Origin: the human T2T-CHM13v2.0 reference genome, Homo sapiens
Direction: 5' to 3' (one strand)
Length of the DNA: 64,000 bases
NCBI RefSeq assembly: GCF_009914755.1
Contig: NC_060933.1
Within the stretch, counting starts at the first letter, position 1. The number at the start of each line of letters is the position of its first letter. Positions 13,054-26,807 of the stretch are shown in pieces. Position numbers and translations under genes: made by a program. Below the pieces are notes generated by a model, which was not told where the DNA came from, did no database searches, and saw only the letters and a list, made by a program, of their open reading frames with translations.

Positions 13054-14528
13054 TAGTCAATAAATAAATCTATAAAATGGGAATAATAATAGTCGAATCC
13101 ACCTACTTGGCTTTTCATGGGAATAACCTGTGGCAGTGCATGCTGGAGGGTGGCATGGAGCCTGGCACATAGTAAAAGGTACATACATGTCAGCCATTCC
13201 TATGAATACATATTACTGATTCTTAATCTCTGCCAGTCTCTGCCATGCACCGGGGGACATGAAGATAGCATAGAAAGGGTCCCTGCTCCCATCAAACTCT
13301 CAGGAGTGGACTTTTTGAAATACCTGGGAGAGAATTCTAGTGAAGCCCTGACAACATGAAGAACAAACCCCACACAACCCCAGAGCAGCCGGGCTTTTAA
13401 TGAAGTTGTTGAATTTTCATCTACCAGATTCCCAGTGCCTCAGCTCTGGAAAGCAGAGAAGGTAGTTGTGGACGATGGTGTCATTGTTTACAAGCCCACT
13501 GTTAGGGGCAACAGCCTGAGAAATAGCAAACAGCCGGCAACTAACCGGGTCCAGCCCTGCCCGAGGTCTTGGAGCCCCGGATGGATGAGCAAATGAGCAC
13601 CCGGCAAAGCACCCTCAAACCCTCGACCCAGGCTCCCCGCTCCAGCTACTGCTCTGAGAGTCAGACGCACAGAGCACAGGCTGCTCAGGGGTCACACGCA
13701 CACAGGCCAGGACAGTGGCAAGGCAGCGGCACCAAGGCTCCGGCCTTCTCCACCCCAATCTGCATGACTTTGGGGAAGTCACTTCCTCTCTCTGAGGGCC
13801 TCTGGGGGCTTCCCCATCCATTTTCTTTAGGCCACCAGGACACAGTCTCTCCCCTACAGATTTCTGCTGGCCGGGAAAGGGAAGGACCCCCCCACCCCAG
13901 GGAAAGCATGTCAAGGGTGGTCTGAGAAGCACTGTACTTATTTGCCAGCCCCCAGAAGGGGTGATGGGCTTTCTTTGGGCGGAGAGCCAGGGAAAATGTG
14001 CCTTCTTCCTGGGAAGATCCAGCACTGAGGAGGGAGCTTGGTTTCTCCACTTCACAGGGTCTGGATCTCCCACTTTACTCCAAGATTCTTGTGGATTTGC
14101 TTTTAATTGAGCCCAAATTGTGTTACGCCACCAGAAACGGGGGTTTGAGGCCACAGGCCCCTGCAGCCGGGGTGGTCCCAAGGGGTGCGTGGGGCCAGGA
14201 GTCAGCCCTCCCTCTCCTGCCAGAGACACTGGGAAGACAGGCAGATGCAGGACATCTGGAAATGCGCAACTGGACACCCCAGAATCTGCAGAGTGCCCTG
14301 AGGCCCTTTGTTTTATGGGGAGGCTTCTGGCGGGTGTTTTCCTCACGCAAAGGGAAGTGAAGGGGCCCTGCCTTTCAGGACTTTTTCCTTGGAAGGTTCA
14401 ACCCCCCCAGAGTGGCCTGGATTTCCTAAGCCCCTCCCAAAGTACTTCGTGGACCTCTGGGTACAGCGGGTCCCTGTGTTTGTGCTGTTAGATGGGTGGT
14501 GGTACTTAGGTGCTGGCTGTGTAGATGA

Positions 14529-14851
<323 letters not shown>

Positions 14852-15440
14852 TAGATGAATTTCTGTGTGTCTTCCTGAATGCTTACAGGCGTGTGTGCAA
14901 AGATATGGGAGTGGACGCGTGTGTGTCTGTGCCCAAGGAAAAATGAAAGTAAACCCATGTTCTCTCACTGACATTCTTTTCAGACAGAGCTCAGCCCCAG
15001 CTCTGCGCCCCGCCGCACGTCCCTCATAAGTCGATACGGGATGCAGCAGGTCGGGAGAGAGACTCTGCGGGTTTCAACTTCCCTGGCCTCACTTTAATTT
15101 GGCTGCCGTTCCCACGCTGCCTACCTCCACCCACCTCCACCCTGAGACCTGACACCCAGTGGCCCAGGGTACCTGGTGGCTCCCCCAACCGATGATGGGG
15201 ATAGGTTCCGTGTCTTTCACTTCCTCTTAGTAACTCATTATTATTGCCTGATTCTCATGTGTTCTTTATCGCATTCCCAGACTTACTGACCACAAAACAT
15301 TTAAAACATTTTACCAACAAGAACTTGTGGGGTTTATTGTCTGCTGAAAGGCAACTGCCAAAAAAGGAAAAAGAAAAAAAAAAAAGGAATGTCTCAAAGA
15401 ACCATTAGGAAAAGGATCAAGATTTGTCTGGTGTGTGTGT

Positions 15441-15776
15441 TTGGTGTGTCTGATAGAAATGCAACATGAGGCACACATTTAATTTTAAGTTTTAAATGTC
15501 CTAGTAGCCTCCTTGAAGAAATGAAGAGAGACAAGTAAAAGTAAAATTAATTTTAATAATGTATTTTGCTTAACTCAGTATAGCCAAACTATTAATCATT
15601 TCGACATGTAATCAATATAAAAATTATTGAGATATTCTACCTGCTTTTTTTTTCATATTCAGCCTTCAGATAGGTTGTGTGTTTTCACCTGCAGACTGGT
15701 TGAATTTGGGCTAATGCCATTTTAAGTGCTCAGCAGCCATACGTGGCTCGTGGCTGTGATATTCGGGAGTACAGCT
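15441..15776 (+). mobile_element. MER33-type hAT-Charlie element
   Basis: ...acatgtaatcaatataaaaattattgagatatt... and end ...aagtgctcagcagccatacgtggctcgtggct match the recalled MER33 consensus. Confidence 0.75.
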
Positions 15777-15869
15777 CAGCTCTGGAACCACCTATCAGAA
15801 AGAGAAGCCCAGCCGTAGCCCATTAGATAGAGTGAAATTTTTGTTTTATTTTATTAAGAGCAAAATATT

Positions 15870-16190
15870 GGCCAGGTGCAGTGGCTCACATCTGTAATCC
15901 CAACGCTTTAGGAGGCTGAGGCAGGAGGGATCACTTGAAGCCTGGAGTTTGAGACCAGCCTGGTCAACATTGCAAGACCCCGTCTCTACAAAAAATAACT
16001 TAAAAAGTTAGCGGGGCCGGTGGTGCTCACCTATCTATAGCCCCAGCTACCCAGGAGGCTGAGGCGGGAGGATCGCTTGATCCCAGGAGTTAGAAGCTGC
16101 AGTGAGTCGAGATTGTGTCACTGCACTTCAGCCTGGGGGACCAAGCCAGACCCTGTCTGCAAACAAAAACAAAAACAAAAAAACCAAAAA
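15870..16190 (+). mobile_element. AluJ
   Basis: Diverged Alu, TSD agcaaaatatt. Confidence 0.9.
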
Positions 16191-16337
16191 AGCAAAATAT
16201 TGCCAACCTGACTTTTTGGATCCTCTTGGCAAAACACAGATCAGCGTCCCCAGAGGCAGCAGAGCTCTGAGTGAAGCAGTCGGGGGGATGCTCTGCCTGC
16301 CTTCCGCTCACCAGCCCTTCCCTGTCGTCCCCCGCAG

Positions 16338-16625
16338 GTCTGGTTCCAGAACGCCCGAGCCAAGTTCAGGCGCAACCTCTTACGGCAGGAAAACACGGGC
16401 GTGGACAAGTCGACAGACGCGGCGCTGCAGACAGGGACGCCATCGGGCCCGGCCTCGGAGCTCTCCAACGCCTCGCTCAGCCCCTCCAGCACGCCCACCA
16501 CCCTGACAGACTTGACTAGCCCCACCCTGCCAACTGTGACGTCCGTCTTAACTTCTGTGCCTGGCAACCTGGAGGGCCATGAGCCTCACAGCCCCTCACA
16601 AACGACTCTTACCAACCTTTTCTAA
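16338..16625 (+). CDS. LHX2: LHX2 terminal coding exon (288 bp CDS): recognition helix VWFQNARAKFRR and Ser/Thr/Pro-rich C-terminus
   Basis: Acceptor cttccctgtcgtcccccgcag ends at 16337. Phase 0 continues LQ|VWFQNARAKFRRNLLRQENTGVDKSTDAAL...SPSQTTLTNLF. Stop TAA 16623-16625 is followed at once by TGA. Confidence 0.98.
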   Translation, partial: VWFQNARAKFRRNLLRQENTGVDKSTDAALQTGTPSGPASELSNASLSPSSTPTTLTDLTSPTLPTVTSVLTSVPGNLEGHEPHSPSQTTLTNLF

Positions 16626-16928
16626 TGACTCGCAACCCCTCACCCCACAATTTCTTTAAAAAAGAAATTATCTTTAGTTGAATTCCAAGTGTATTTTAAA
16701 ATAGAGGCTTTGAGCAACTAACTAACCACATTTTAGGATCTCGCCTGGAAACAGAGGTAAAAAAAAGAAGTGTGCGCCCGGCTAATGCAGCGGTGTGGAC
16801 CGAGGAACAACTTGGAAGATCTACCTGCAACACAACATTTGTGTCACTGTACAGTTTTGTGGACTGAGCGAGGAAAAACAACAAATAATTTAAGTTGGCT
16901 AGAGCTTCTGTATTTTCAAAGACTGCCA

Positions 16929-16937
16929 CGTGCCTTA
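16929..16937 (+). promoter_or_regulatory. miR-124-3p target site (CGTGCCTTA)
   Basis: Perfect complement of miR-124 nt 1-9 (UAAGGCACG). Lhx2 is an established miR-124 target in mouse. Confidence 0.85.
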
Positions 16938-17196
16938 GGAATACTGTTTTATCTCCATACTTTGGATGACTTGTTCATTTTTCTCTCCCTCTTTTTCTCT
17001 GTATATTTATGACCAGAGCAAAAATGTAAAAAACAAAAAAAACAACAAAAAAAGTTTGTTACTTTGAATAGTCCTAAAAAGAAAAAAAGAAAAAAAAAAA
17101 AGGAAAAATCAAACCCCCTCCAACGGTCGCTTTGTTGTTTTAGAATTTTAAGGTGGAAGTCTGTTCGAATATCAGAATTTGTAAAATCTAACCAGT

Positions 17197-17202
17197 AATA
17201 AA
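17197..17202 (+). terminator. LHX2: Polyadenylation signal AATAAA of LHX2
   Basis: AATAAA followed about 20-50 nt later by GU-rich downstream sequence (ttggggctgc...tttggttgggtgtg). Confidence 0.88.
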
Positions 17203-18490
17203 ACCACTTATTGAAACTACTTGGGGCTGCTGCCATTTGGTTGGGTGTGAAATTGACAGGACCTAAGAGTTTTACTGAGGCCCAGAGATCAATTCTAGGT
17301 CTTCACATATTCATCAGATATTCCTGGGGCTCCTGTCTTGTGCCAGGCTTTGGACGGATTACAGAGATGCCGAGACAAAGATCCAATTCCTGCTCTCAAG
17401 GAATCAGAATGGTGACACGGGACAGACAAAAGATATCTTAACAGGGTGTGATATGTGCTCAAGTGGAGGATATGCAACATCCCATTCATTCATTCATTCA
17501 TTATTCATTCATTCATTCTTTCAAATATTTAATGAGCACACCCTGCCAGATGCTTGTGATGCAGAGGTCAGAGGCCCTTTTCTGCTCCTGGCTGGGCTGG
17601 AAAGAAGGCATGTCAGGCGATGAGGGAGGCCTCCTGAAAAACCTGCAGCTTTTCCCTACGAGGAGTGAACGCAGTTAACAAAGGGCAGCTTAAGCTCCAG
17701 TTTTCCTAATGACACAAAATTTCAAGATCGCTAGAGAGGGCAAAAGCAAATGAATTCTGTTCCTTTCCTAAAGTTTCAGGGAACCTCAGAAACCCAGAGA
17801 AAAGACACACCCAGAGAGGAGGGAGGGTTGGAGCCAGGCAGAATGAAGTTGGAATTCCTACTGTTGAGCAGGGTGAGCTGAAGGAAGTCATTTCACTTCA
17901 TTGGGCGTCAGTTTCCTCAGCTATGAGCTGAAGATAATGAATGGCCCTTGCATGGCAGTTGTAGTGGGGGCAAAAGGTAAGATGTGTTGAAGAGCCCAGC
18001 AGAAGGCCTGACACAGAGTAGGGCTCGATGCATTGTAGTGAATGACAGACAGGTGATGTGAGGACTCTGTGGGTGGAGAGCAGGAATGTGTGTATCCAGG
18101 CACCCTCTGGCATTGCTGAATGCACCAAGCAGGTGTGGTGTCTGTCCCCCAGACTTCTGACACCCCTCATTTCTCACTCTGAGCCCTGCTTCGGAGTACT
18201 CTGCTACCAGTTTCATTGGATGTCAGCAGTTACCAACCCAAATGCCCCTGCAATGGCCCACCAACTTGATCATCCAGATGGAAAATCATGGCCACCTGGA
18301 GGAGGAAATAGCCAGGCAAGAGTGGGCAGAGGAACCATCCAGCCCAGGACTGGGGTCTCTCTCTCCTCCTCCCTCTGCCATCATTGTTGGGATAGGGTGG
18401 AGGGAGTGAGTGGGGCAGGAACGGGCTGAGTGTGCTTCAAGCCCAGACTCACTCACTTTCTGAAATGTTTTTTGAAAACCCCAAGCACAT

Positions 18491-18528
18491 TGCGTGCGCG
18501 CGCGCGCACACACACACACACACACACA
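18491..18528. repeat. (CG)n(CA)n alternating purine-pyrimidine microsatellite
   Basis: tgcgtgcgcgcgcgcgcacacacacacacacacacaca. Confidence 0.9.
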
Positions 18529-19569
18529 AACAAACAAAAAAACACTATTGTTATTGCTATAATGTCTGGCAAACAGTAGGAGCCCAATAAAATTTTTGTA
18601 AACTTTTATATTACATATACAGTGTACACAAGTCTGTAATAAACAGCCTGATTAATGTCTTTCAAATGAACACACCCATTTAACTACCACTCAAATCAAG
18701 GTATAGGACACTTTCAGCACCCAGAAGTCTCCCTTAAGGCCCCTTCCTTCAATCCCTCCCAAGATAGCTCCTATTTAAAAAAATCTGTTTTTGATCGATA
18801 CATTTTTTGCTGAATGAATTCAGGAGGCTTAGCAAGATTAGCCTACTTACAGCTAGTGATGGAAGAGCCAAGCTTTGAGCCAGGTCTATGCCCTCAGATC
18901 CAAGGCTCTTACCCTCAAGCAGACACATGTTCATAGTTACCCACGCAAGCAAGAGGGTTAAGAACCTCAACTTTTCTACCTGCCCAATGGGGTCATGGAA
19001 TCTGTCTCCCATTGATGACTCTGTGAGGGAATGCAATCAGAGGGCCTGGACTGCAGACAGACAGACACCATGACGCCAGTTACCCCCAGCAACTCATACG
19101 GGTGCCCACAGACACACATGCACGCATGCACGTTCTTGAGGCATTCATGGATAGATAGACCCACAGGCTAAGGTCCTCACACCCAGACAGCACCACACAA
19201 CGTCACACACACACACAGATGCTCGCAGACAGACGTAAACAGGCCCAGATGCTCATCAATCCACCTAGACAGACACCCAGACCACCCCACACAGGGAGAC
19301 CCGCTCATAAACCCGGGTGTGCACACATGCAGATGCTCACAGGCACCCAGACGCCCCCGCGTAGCCCGCTGTGCCCCTTGCTCAGGCACCAACAAAGCTG
19401 AGTCTGATTCCTATCTTGTCTGTCAGCACTGGCACCCAGTTGGAGAGGGCCCTGGAATGATGCCCGGGGGTCCCCCACCCCTGCATAAGAGCACGTTGAG
19501 GAGCCAGGGCTGCTGTTGGGCCAGGGGTGGGGACACCTTGGATGGGGCGTTGCTCTCCCCAGGCTCAGA

Positions 19570-19940
19570 GACTAAGACACACACAGACTTGGGAAGATAG
19601 GAACAGAGACAGGGACAGAGACAGAGATACAGAGGCAGAGAGAGAGAGAGAGAGAGACATAGGCAGAGAGAGAGGCAGAAAGGCAGTAGACAGGGAGAGA
19701 GAGGAAGGGAATAAAACAGCAACACAGAGAGTGATGAGGCAGAGACCCACAGGGATGGAGACAGAGACACGGGAGAGATGGTGAGACACAGAAAGATTGA
19801 GATTGAGAAGGAAGACTTGGTAAAGGGAGACCCTGGGACAGACTCAGAGGCTGAGAGAGACCAAGACTGAGAGACAGCAGAAGAAACAGAGATGGCTCCT
19901 GTGAGGCTGGTAAGGAGAGACACTGAGGGAGAGGGAGAGG
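19570..19940. repeat. GA-rich low-complexity region
   Basis: Degenerate (GAGACA/GAGA)n. Confidence 0.8.
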
Positions 19941-19961
19941 TGAGCTCAAAAGCCAGACAGA

Positions 19962-20744
<783 letters not shown>

Positions 20745-21284
20745 CTATGTACCTGCTTTATTCATGGTGTGACTAACTCCCAGGGGGCCACAGTGATGGT
20801 GTGAGGAATTGTCTCAAAGTTGAAAGAGGAGATGGGTTGGGTTGGGCTCTTGAATGAACAGAAGGTGATCAGATGGAGAAGGGAGCCAGGGAGGATTCCT
20901 GACTGAGGAGCAGCCCAGGTCACAGGCAAGAGGATGTGCCGCAGGCTCATGAGTGGAGGGCAGTTTCCCGGGTGGGGATGTCCTGGAGAGGCTGGTGAAA
21001 CTCAGCTCACAGGGGGCCTTATCTAAGGCTGGGGAACGTGATGAGGCCAGGGGCCTGGAGGTGCAGCAGGACTCCCCTGCTCTTCCTTGGGTGACAGGAC
21101 CCCTCTCCTCCTTGTAGTTATGCTGGAGTCCCACGTGGCAGCACTGGCTTCCTGGAGAGCAGTGTTTGTTGCTGTGGGCTGCATGACCTGCTGGCAAGGA
21201 TGGACAACTCCAGGCTACACCTGCCAGCCGCTGCCCCAGGGAGGGACATTGTGGGCTCTTTGGCTCCTGGGGACTCTGTGTGGT

Positions 21285-21523
21285 GTGACCTCGGCTCACT
21301 GCAACCTCCTCCTCCCAGGTTCAAGTAATTCTCCTGTCTCAGCCTCCCCAGTAGCTGGGATTACAGGCGTGTACCACCACACCTGGCTAATTTCTGTATT
21401 TTTAGTAGAGATGCAGTTCCACCATTTTGGCTGGGCTGGTCTCAAACTCCTGACCTCAAGTGATCTGCCTGCCTCGGCCTCCCAAAATGTTGGGATCACA
21501 GGCTTGAGCCACTGCACCCAGCC
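21285..21523 (-). mobile_element. Alu, truncated (tail end missing)
   Basis: Alu body from gtgacctcggctcact to gagccactgcacccagcc, no poly-T. Confidence 0.88.
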
Positions 21524-22272
21524 TGCCAGCAGGCCCTTTATACCTTCCTTTTTACTCTTTGTCCCTCCCTCTCTCCTCAACCCAGTGCTGGGCACCCGAG
21601 ACTGGTGATGTGGAGATGATTTGGCCAACAGCCCTTCCCTCTGGCTCCCAGCCTCTCTGGGAGACAGGTACAATAGCCAGCTACTGTCCAGCAGGAAGGA
21701 AGCCTGGGAATTATGGGAGCCCAAGGTGGGAGAGTCTCATTCTGCAAGTGGTGAAAGTCCTGTGTAACACTCTGCAACTGGTGATGCGTTCTTACAGTTA
21801 TTATCTCATTGAATCCTTGCCTCTAGGAGGCAGGGATGAGCACTTCGTTTCACACAGAAGGAAGCCAAGGAGAAGCCACTTGCCCAGGATCACACAGTTC
21901 AGGGGCCACAGAGACATTTCCATGGCAATTCAATTGAATTCAGCCAGCATGAGTCAATTCGTCCCTGGCGCCAGGCATGGTGGCTAGGGGTACCTAGGAA
22001 ATTGCGATCCTTGCTAGGGGCTGGCAGATGCAGACCAGGTGCGAAGGCAGCTGGGACTAGGCATTCAAGAAGGCAAGGAGTCCAGAAGAGGCTGCCAATA
22101 CAGACTGGTGGTTGGGGGTACTTTCTGAGTTGGAAGAGCAGGCAATTGACCTAGAAGTGTTTGAGTAGGGGGGAGGGACTTGGGGAGAGGGCAGAAGCAC
22201 ATGCTCAGGGTGTGGTATTTTTCCGCTAGTGAACAGCACCCATGTGGACAGGAGAAAGAGAATCACTGCTAA

Positions 22273-22813
<541 letters not shown>

Positions 22814-23029
22814 AACATCCACTCACTCTTGTAACCTCTATACTCCACCCACTCCCTGGTTCCAACTTGATGATGATGATTGATGACAATGACCTGTGCA
22901 TTTTTTAAAAGTCCCTCAGGGATTCGGACAGGCACATCCTTCATCTTAGGGATGATCAGGGTAAGCTCAAAGAGGGGAAGGGGCTTACATGTGGGCACCT
23001 AGCCGGGATGCAGCAGAGAGGGGGTTGTC

Positions 23030-23760
23030 TGGCTGAGGGACACTTAGTGAGTGCCAGGCCCTCTGCTGGGCAGTGGGGTCATGAGCGAATATGATGGTCC
23101 CTGTCTTCATGGAGCTCAGAATCTACCAAGGGAGACAAATGCCAAACAACCTCAAAAGTACTTACTGATGTTTGTGATGAGGCCTATGTGAGACCATGAG
23201 AGTGTATACACGGGCAAGGAAAAGGAGAGCTTCTTGGAGAAAATCATCAGTAAGAGACCAGCTAAGTGTATGGAAATTAACTCGCAAGTGGGAGGAGGGG
23301 AGAAAGGAGTAATAGAATGTGCAAAGGCCCTGAGGCTCAGAGGTCCACAGCACTAAAAGGTGGCCAGTGTGGCCGGAGCTCTCAGAGCAAGGGCCAAGGT
23401 GGTGGGAGGTGGGGCTGAGGACACAGCCAGGGGCTTTCCAGGCAGCATGTCTGGGCCTCAATTCCAAGAGCACCAGGAAGCTAGAAATGAAGGCAGGGGA
23501 GGAGGAGGCAGGGGGTGGATGTGAGGGGCCTCTTAAAGCTGCCAGGTAATGGGACATCTGGCTAGGTGGAGGCAGAGGGAATGGACCAGCTATGGGGGGA
23601 GGGAGAGCCAGGAGGGATCAGGATCATAACCAGGTGGATGCTGTGGCCCTTCACTGCAATGAGGAAAGTCATCAGGAAGAGGAAGGGGGAAGATGCTCGG
23701 GGATTTGTGGTTTAGATTTGCTGAGTTTTTGATGGCTTTGAGACATCCAAGTGCTGGCCT
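23030..23760. mobile_element. L2 LINE remnant
   Basis: Degenerate L2 3' motifs (gtccctgtcttcatggagctcagaatcta; gtgcaaaggccctgagg). Confidence 0.55.
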
Positions 23761-24779
23761 GGTCTTTCCCCTCAAGGGGCTCCCAGTCAGAAGGAGGAGG
23801 CATGAAAGGGACCTGGGACACTTACCCAGTGCTTCTCTTCTTTGAATTTCCCAGCTATCCTGAGTAAGAGTGTCCTCAAGCTGGCATTTGAGGCTTGGTC
23901 ACAAGTTAGTCCCTGCCCACTTCTCTGGTGCAGGACTTGGGACCTACCTACCCATCTTTGGGCTTAAAGCCAGCCAGGTGCACCAAACTCACCAGTGCTT
24001 TGCACACTGGGTGGGCTCTCTGCCTGAGGGTCTTCTCAAAAACTCCTGCTCAAATGTCCCCTCCTCTCTGGAACCTTCTCTGCTGTCACTTCCACCCTTC
24101 TCACCATGCAGGGCTGGAGGGGGCAGGGGTGGATGTGAGGGGGCTCCTAAAGCCACCAGGTAATGGGACATCTGGCTAGGTGGAGGAAGAGGGAATAAAC
24201 CAACTGTAGTTGTCTGTTCTCCCCGCATCCCTACCCCAACGCCAACAGGGCCACGTGGGGCTGGCCTGTGACTGCCCGGTTCAGTATGAATCTGTGGGTT
24301 CTTGTTTTGAAAGTATGTTATACTCTCTCTTTCCTGCTAGTGTAAGCTCCATGACTCAGCCTCTCCATCTTCATATTACTCCTGGCCCGGATGAGTCCCT
24401 CCTAAATAGTTCCTAAGTCCTGGAGAGGGTAAATGTTAGCATAAGCGTTCACTATGGTTGAGAGTCTAGTCCTTAGGGGTTCGGTGCTGGATTCTGTCCT
24501 GCCGCTTACTGCTGTGGGATCCTGGGCAAAGTACTGAACCTCTCTGAGCTTCCAGGATTTGTCGTCTGTATAACGGGGGTAGTGATGACACCTACTTCTT
24601 AGGGTTTCGTGAACGTTGAATGGTGTAACTCACGCAGCCATAGCGTTTAGCAGAGTGCCTGGCTCATCGCAGTGCTCAGTTCCTGGGAGCTGTTGCTATT
24701 TATTCAGCTCCGTCTTTCCATTCAGGCACCTCTAGCGTGCTTGCCCCTTGAAAAGAGGAGAGGGAGGGCTCCCACTCTG

Positions 24780-25320
24780 GGACGGCCGCAGTGGTTTTCA
24801 GAGCTTGGGGTGGGGGTGGGCTTGGGGCGGTTCCGGGCATGGGGGTGGCCGCGGGCCTGGAGCTGTAAGAGGAGGTCCCTGGGGACTGGGGAGAGGGGGG
24901 CGGAAGCCGGAGCCGAGGTCGGATCCGGCGAGGTGGGCAGAGCAGACATCCTGCGGGGGCGCCCCCAGCCCGGACCGAGGCACGGTCCCGGGGGAGCCGG
25001 CCCGGGCACCGCGGCCATCGGAGCTGGGACGCCGGGTCTGGGGCTGCAGAGCCGCCGCAGGGGCCGGACGAGGGCGCCCCCTGGCGGGGCACCGCGGCAT
25101 CGCCCCGGGTCTCTCACTTCCTCAGCAGGCTGGGTGGGGTCTTCGCGGAGGAAATTCCCCTCAGGGAGGGGTGTCGGGGACTCCGGAGAGCTGTTTCGGG
25201 CTCCGGACGCTTTCCTGGGCTCCAAAACTGGGAGTGACGCTTTTGAGCCCTCACGTGTGCCGCGTACTGCATTAGGCAGATGGCAGCTCACGGCACAGGC
25301 ATTGGCACGCGGTGGGTCCC
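24780..25320. promoter_or_regulatory. Orphan CpG island downstream of LHX2
   Basis: GC/CpG-dense; GC box with ETS site ggggcggaag at about 24897-24906. Confidence 0.8.
25074..25087 (-). promoter_or_regulatory. CTCF core motif
   Basis: gcgccccctggcgg reads CCGCCAGGGGGCGC on the minus strand, matching the CTCF core consensus. Confidence 0.75.
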
Positions 25321-26766
25321 CCAGGGTCCTCTTCTCCCTTAGCCTCATTCCTCGGGCTTCTGGGCAGGGGTGTTGGGCTCAAGCCTGAGAGGGTCCTCCG
25401 GTATGGAAGGGGTGAGGGTTGTGCAGCTCCAGACCGCCATCCTGGGTGCCCCCAGGGCTCACTCTCCCTGCGGGCCCCCCACTCCCAGGACTGGACCCTG
25501 TGTATGGCGTGTGATGAGTGGGGGTGGGGCTGCGGTGGGGCTGGGTGGAGGTCTGTGATGTGTGCTGCTGTCAGGGAATCTGAGTGTGGCTGTGCCGTGG
25601 TGTTAGTGTGGGAGCGTCTGTATGTGTTGAGACGTGTGTGTTTTTGTTTATTTTTAGGGGGATGTGTACAAGTATGTCCGACTGTGAGTGCGTCTGTGAT
25701 CAGCGGTGTGTGTGTGTGTAATCAGATGTGTGTGTACTCAGATGTGTGTGTCTGTGTTCAGAGGTTTGTGTGAGTCCGTGTGATGACTGTTCAGGTGTAC
25801 ACAGCTGTTCAGGGTGGCTTCTGCTCGTGTGATGCAGGTTGGGGTGTGTGTTGGGGCTGAGGGGTGAGCTGAGCCTGCCTGAGGAGGGAGCGAAAGCCCT
25901 AATCAATTTCCACCTAACAGAAGGGTGGCGGCCCCCCTGTCCTGTCTGCTTCCCTCAGCCCCATCAGGACCAATATTTTCCTTTCCTGTCTCCCCTGACC
26001 CCCACCTGCACCAAAGGCCAGCTCTTTATGCCTCATTTTAGAGACAAGAAAGCCAGGCTGAAGTGCTGGGGCACTGGCCCAGGAACACTCGGCCAGAAAG
26101 CAGTGGAGCCAGGGTCTTGGCTGGAATCCCAACTCCAGCCTAATTCTTGCTTCTCCCAGGAGGGCCCTGTGCACCCTTCGCCCAGCCCGAGGCTGGGGTG
26201 AGGACGACTTTCTGGGCTGGGCTGTGTGGGGAGCAGGACACAAAAGGCCCAGTGTCTGCCCCTGCCTCCCCCTCCTGGCCCTGCCCTGCTCCAGGAGCCG
26301 GGTGGGTGTCCAATGCCAGACTGGGCAAAGAGGGGCATGTGATACTCATGCTCACGAGGGCACCCAGCCCCAGCACTGGACCCACCTGCCCCCCGCGCCG
26401 TTCCATGGGCTGGCTCGGGTTGGGTGTGATGAGGAAACAAAGCTCTGGCTGCATTTTAGGATCCTGGCGCCAGCTCTCAAAGCGCTCCAGCTTGCCCTGC
26501 TCTGGGAAGGGATTGATGAGTAATTAAGATCATGATGATATCAACACAACATATTAAAAGAAACAGAATGATTGCTACTGTTTGCTGAGGCCTGACTATG
26601 TGCTGTTGCTAAGTTCTGGGGGGGCAGTGATGCAGGCTGGTGAGGACCTTGGACCTCACCAGAGCCAGGATTATTTCCCAGCAATGTTGTCCAGCTGTGT
26701 TACCTCGGGCAAGTTGCTTAAAGTCTCTGCTTCAATTTCCCCACTGTAAAATGACAGGAGGTGAAC

Positions 26767-26807
<41 letters not shown>

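Larger units (their letters stand above)
16626..17220 (+). other. LHX2: LHX2 3' UTR
   Basis: AT-rich, repeat-free sequence between the stop codon and the polyadenylation signal. The 3' end is approximate. Confidence 0.88.

Noticed and set aside
13615-14346. 243-aa minus-strand ORF
   Set aside because: No recognisable domain or splice support; includes MIR-derived sequence.
16401-16625. Stand-alone 74-aa ORF
   Set aside because: It is the distal part of the LHX2 last exon read from an internal GTG.
24672-25388. 238/208-aa ORFs over the orphan CpG island (also 29427-29960)
   Set aside because: Open on both strands because of GC content; low-complexity translations.
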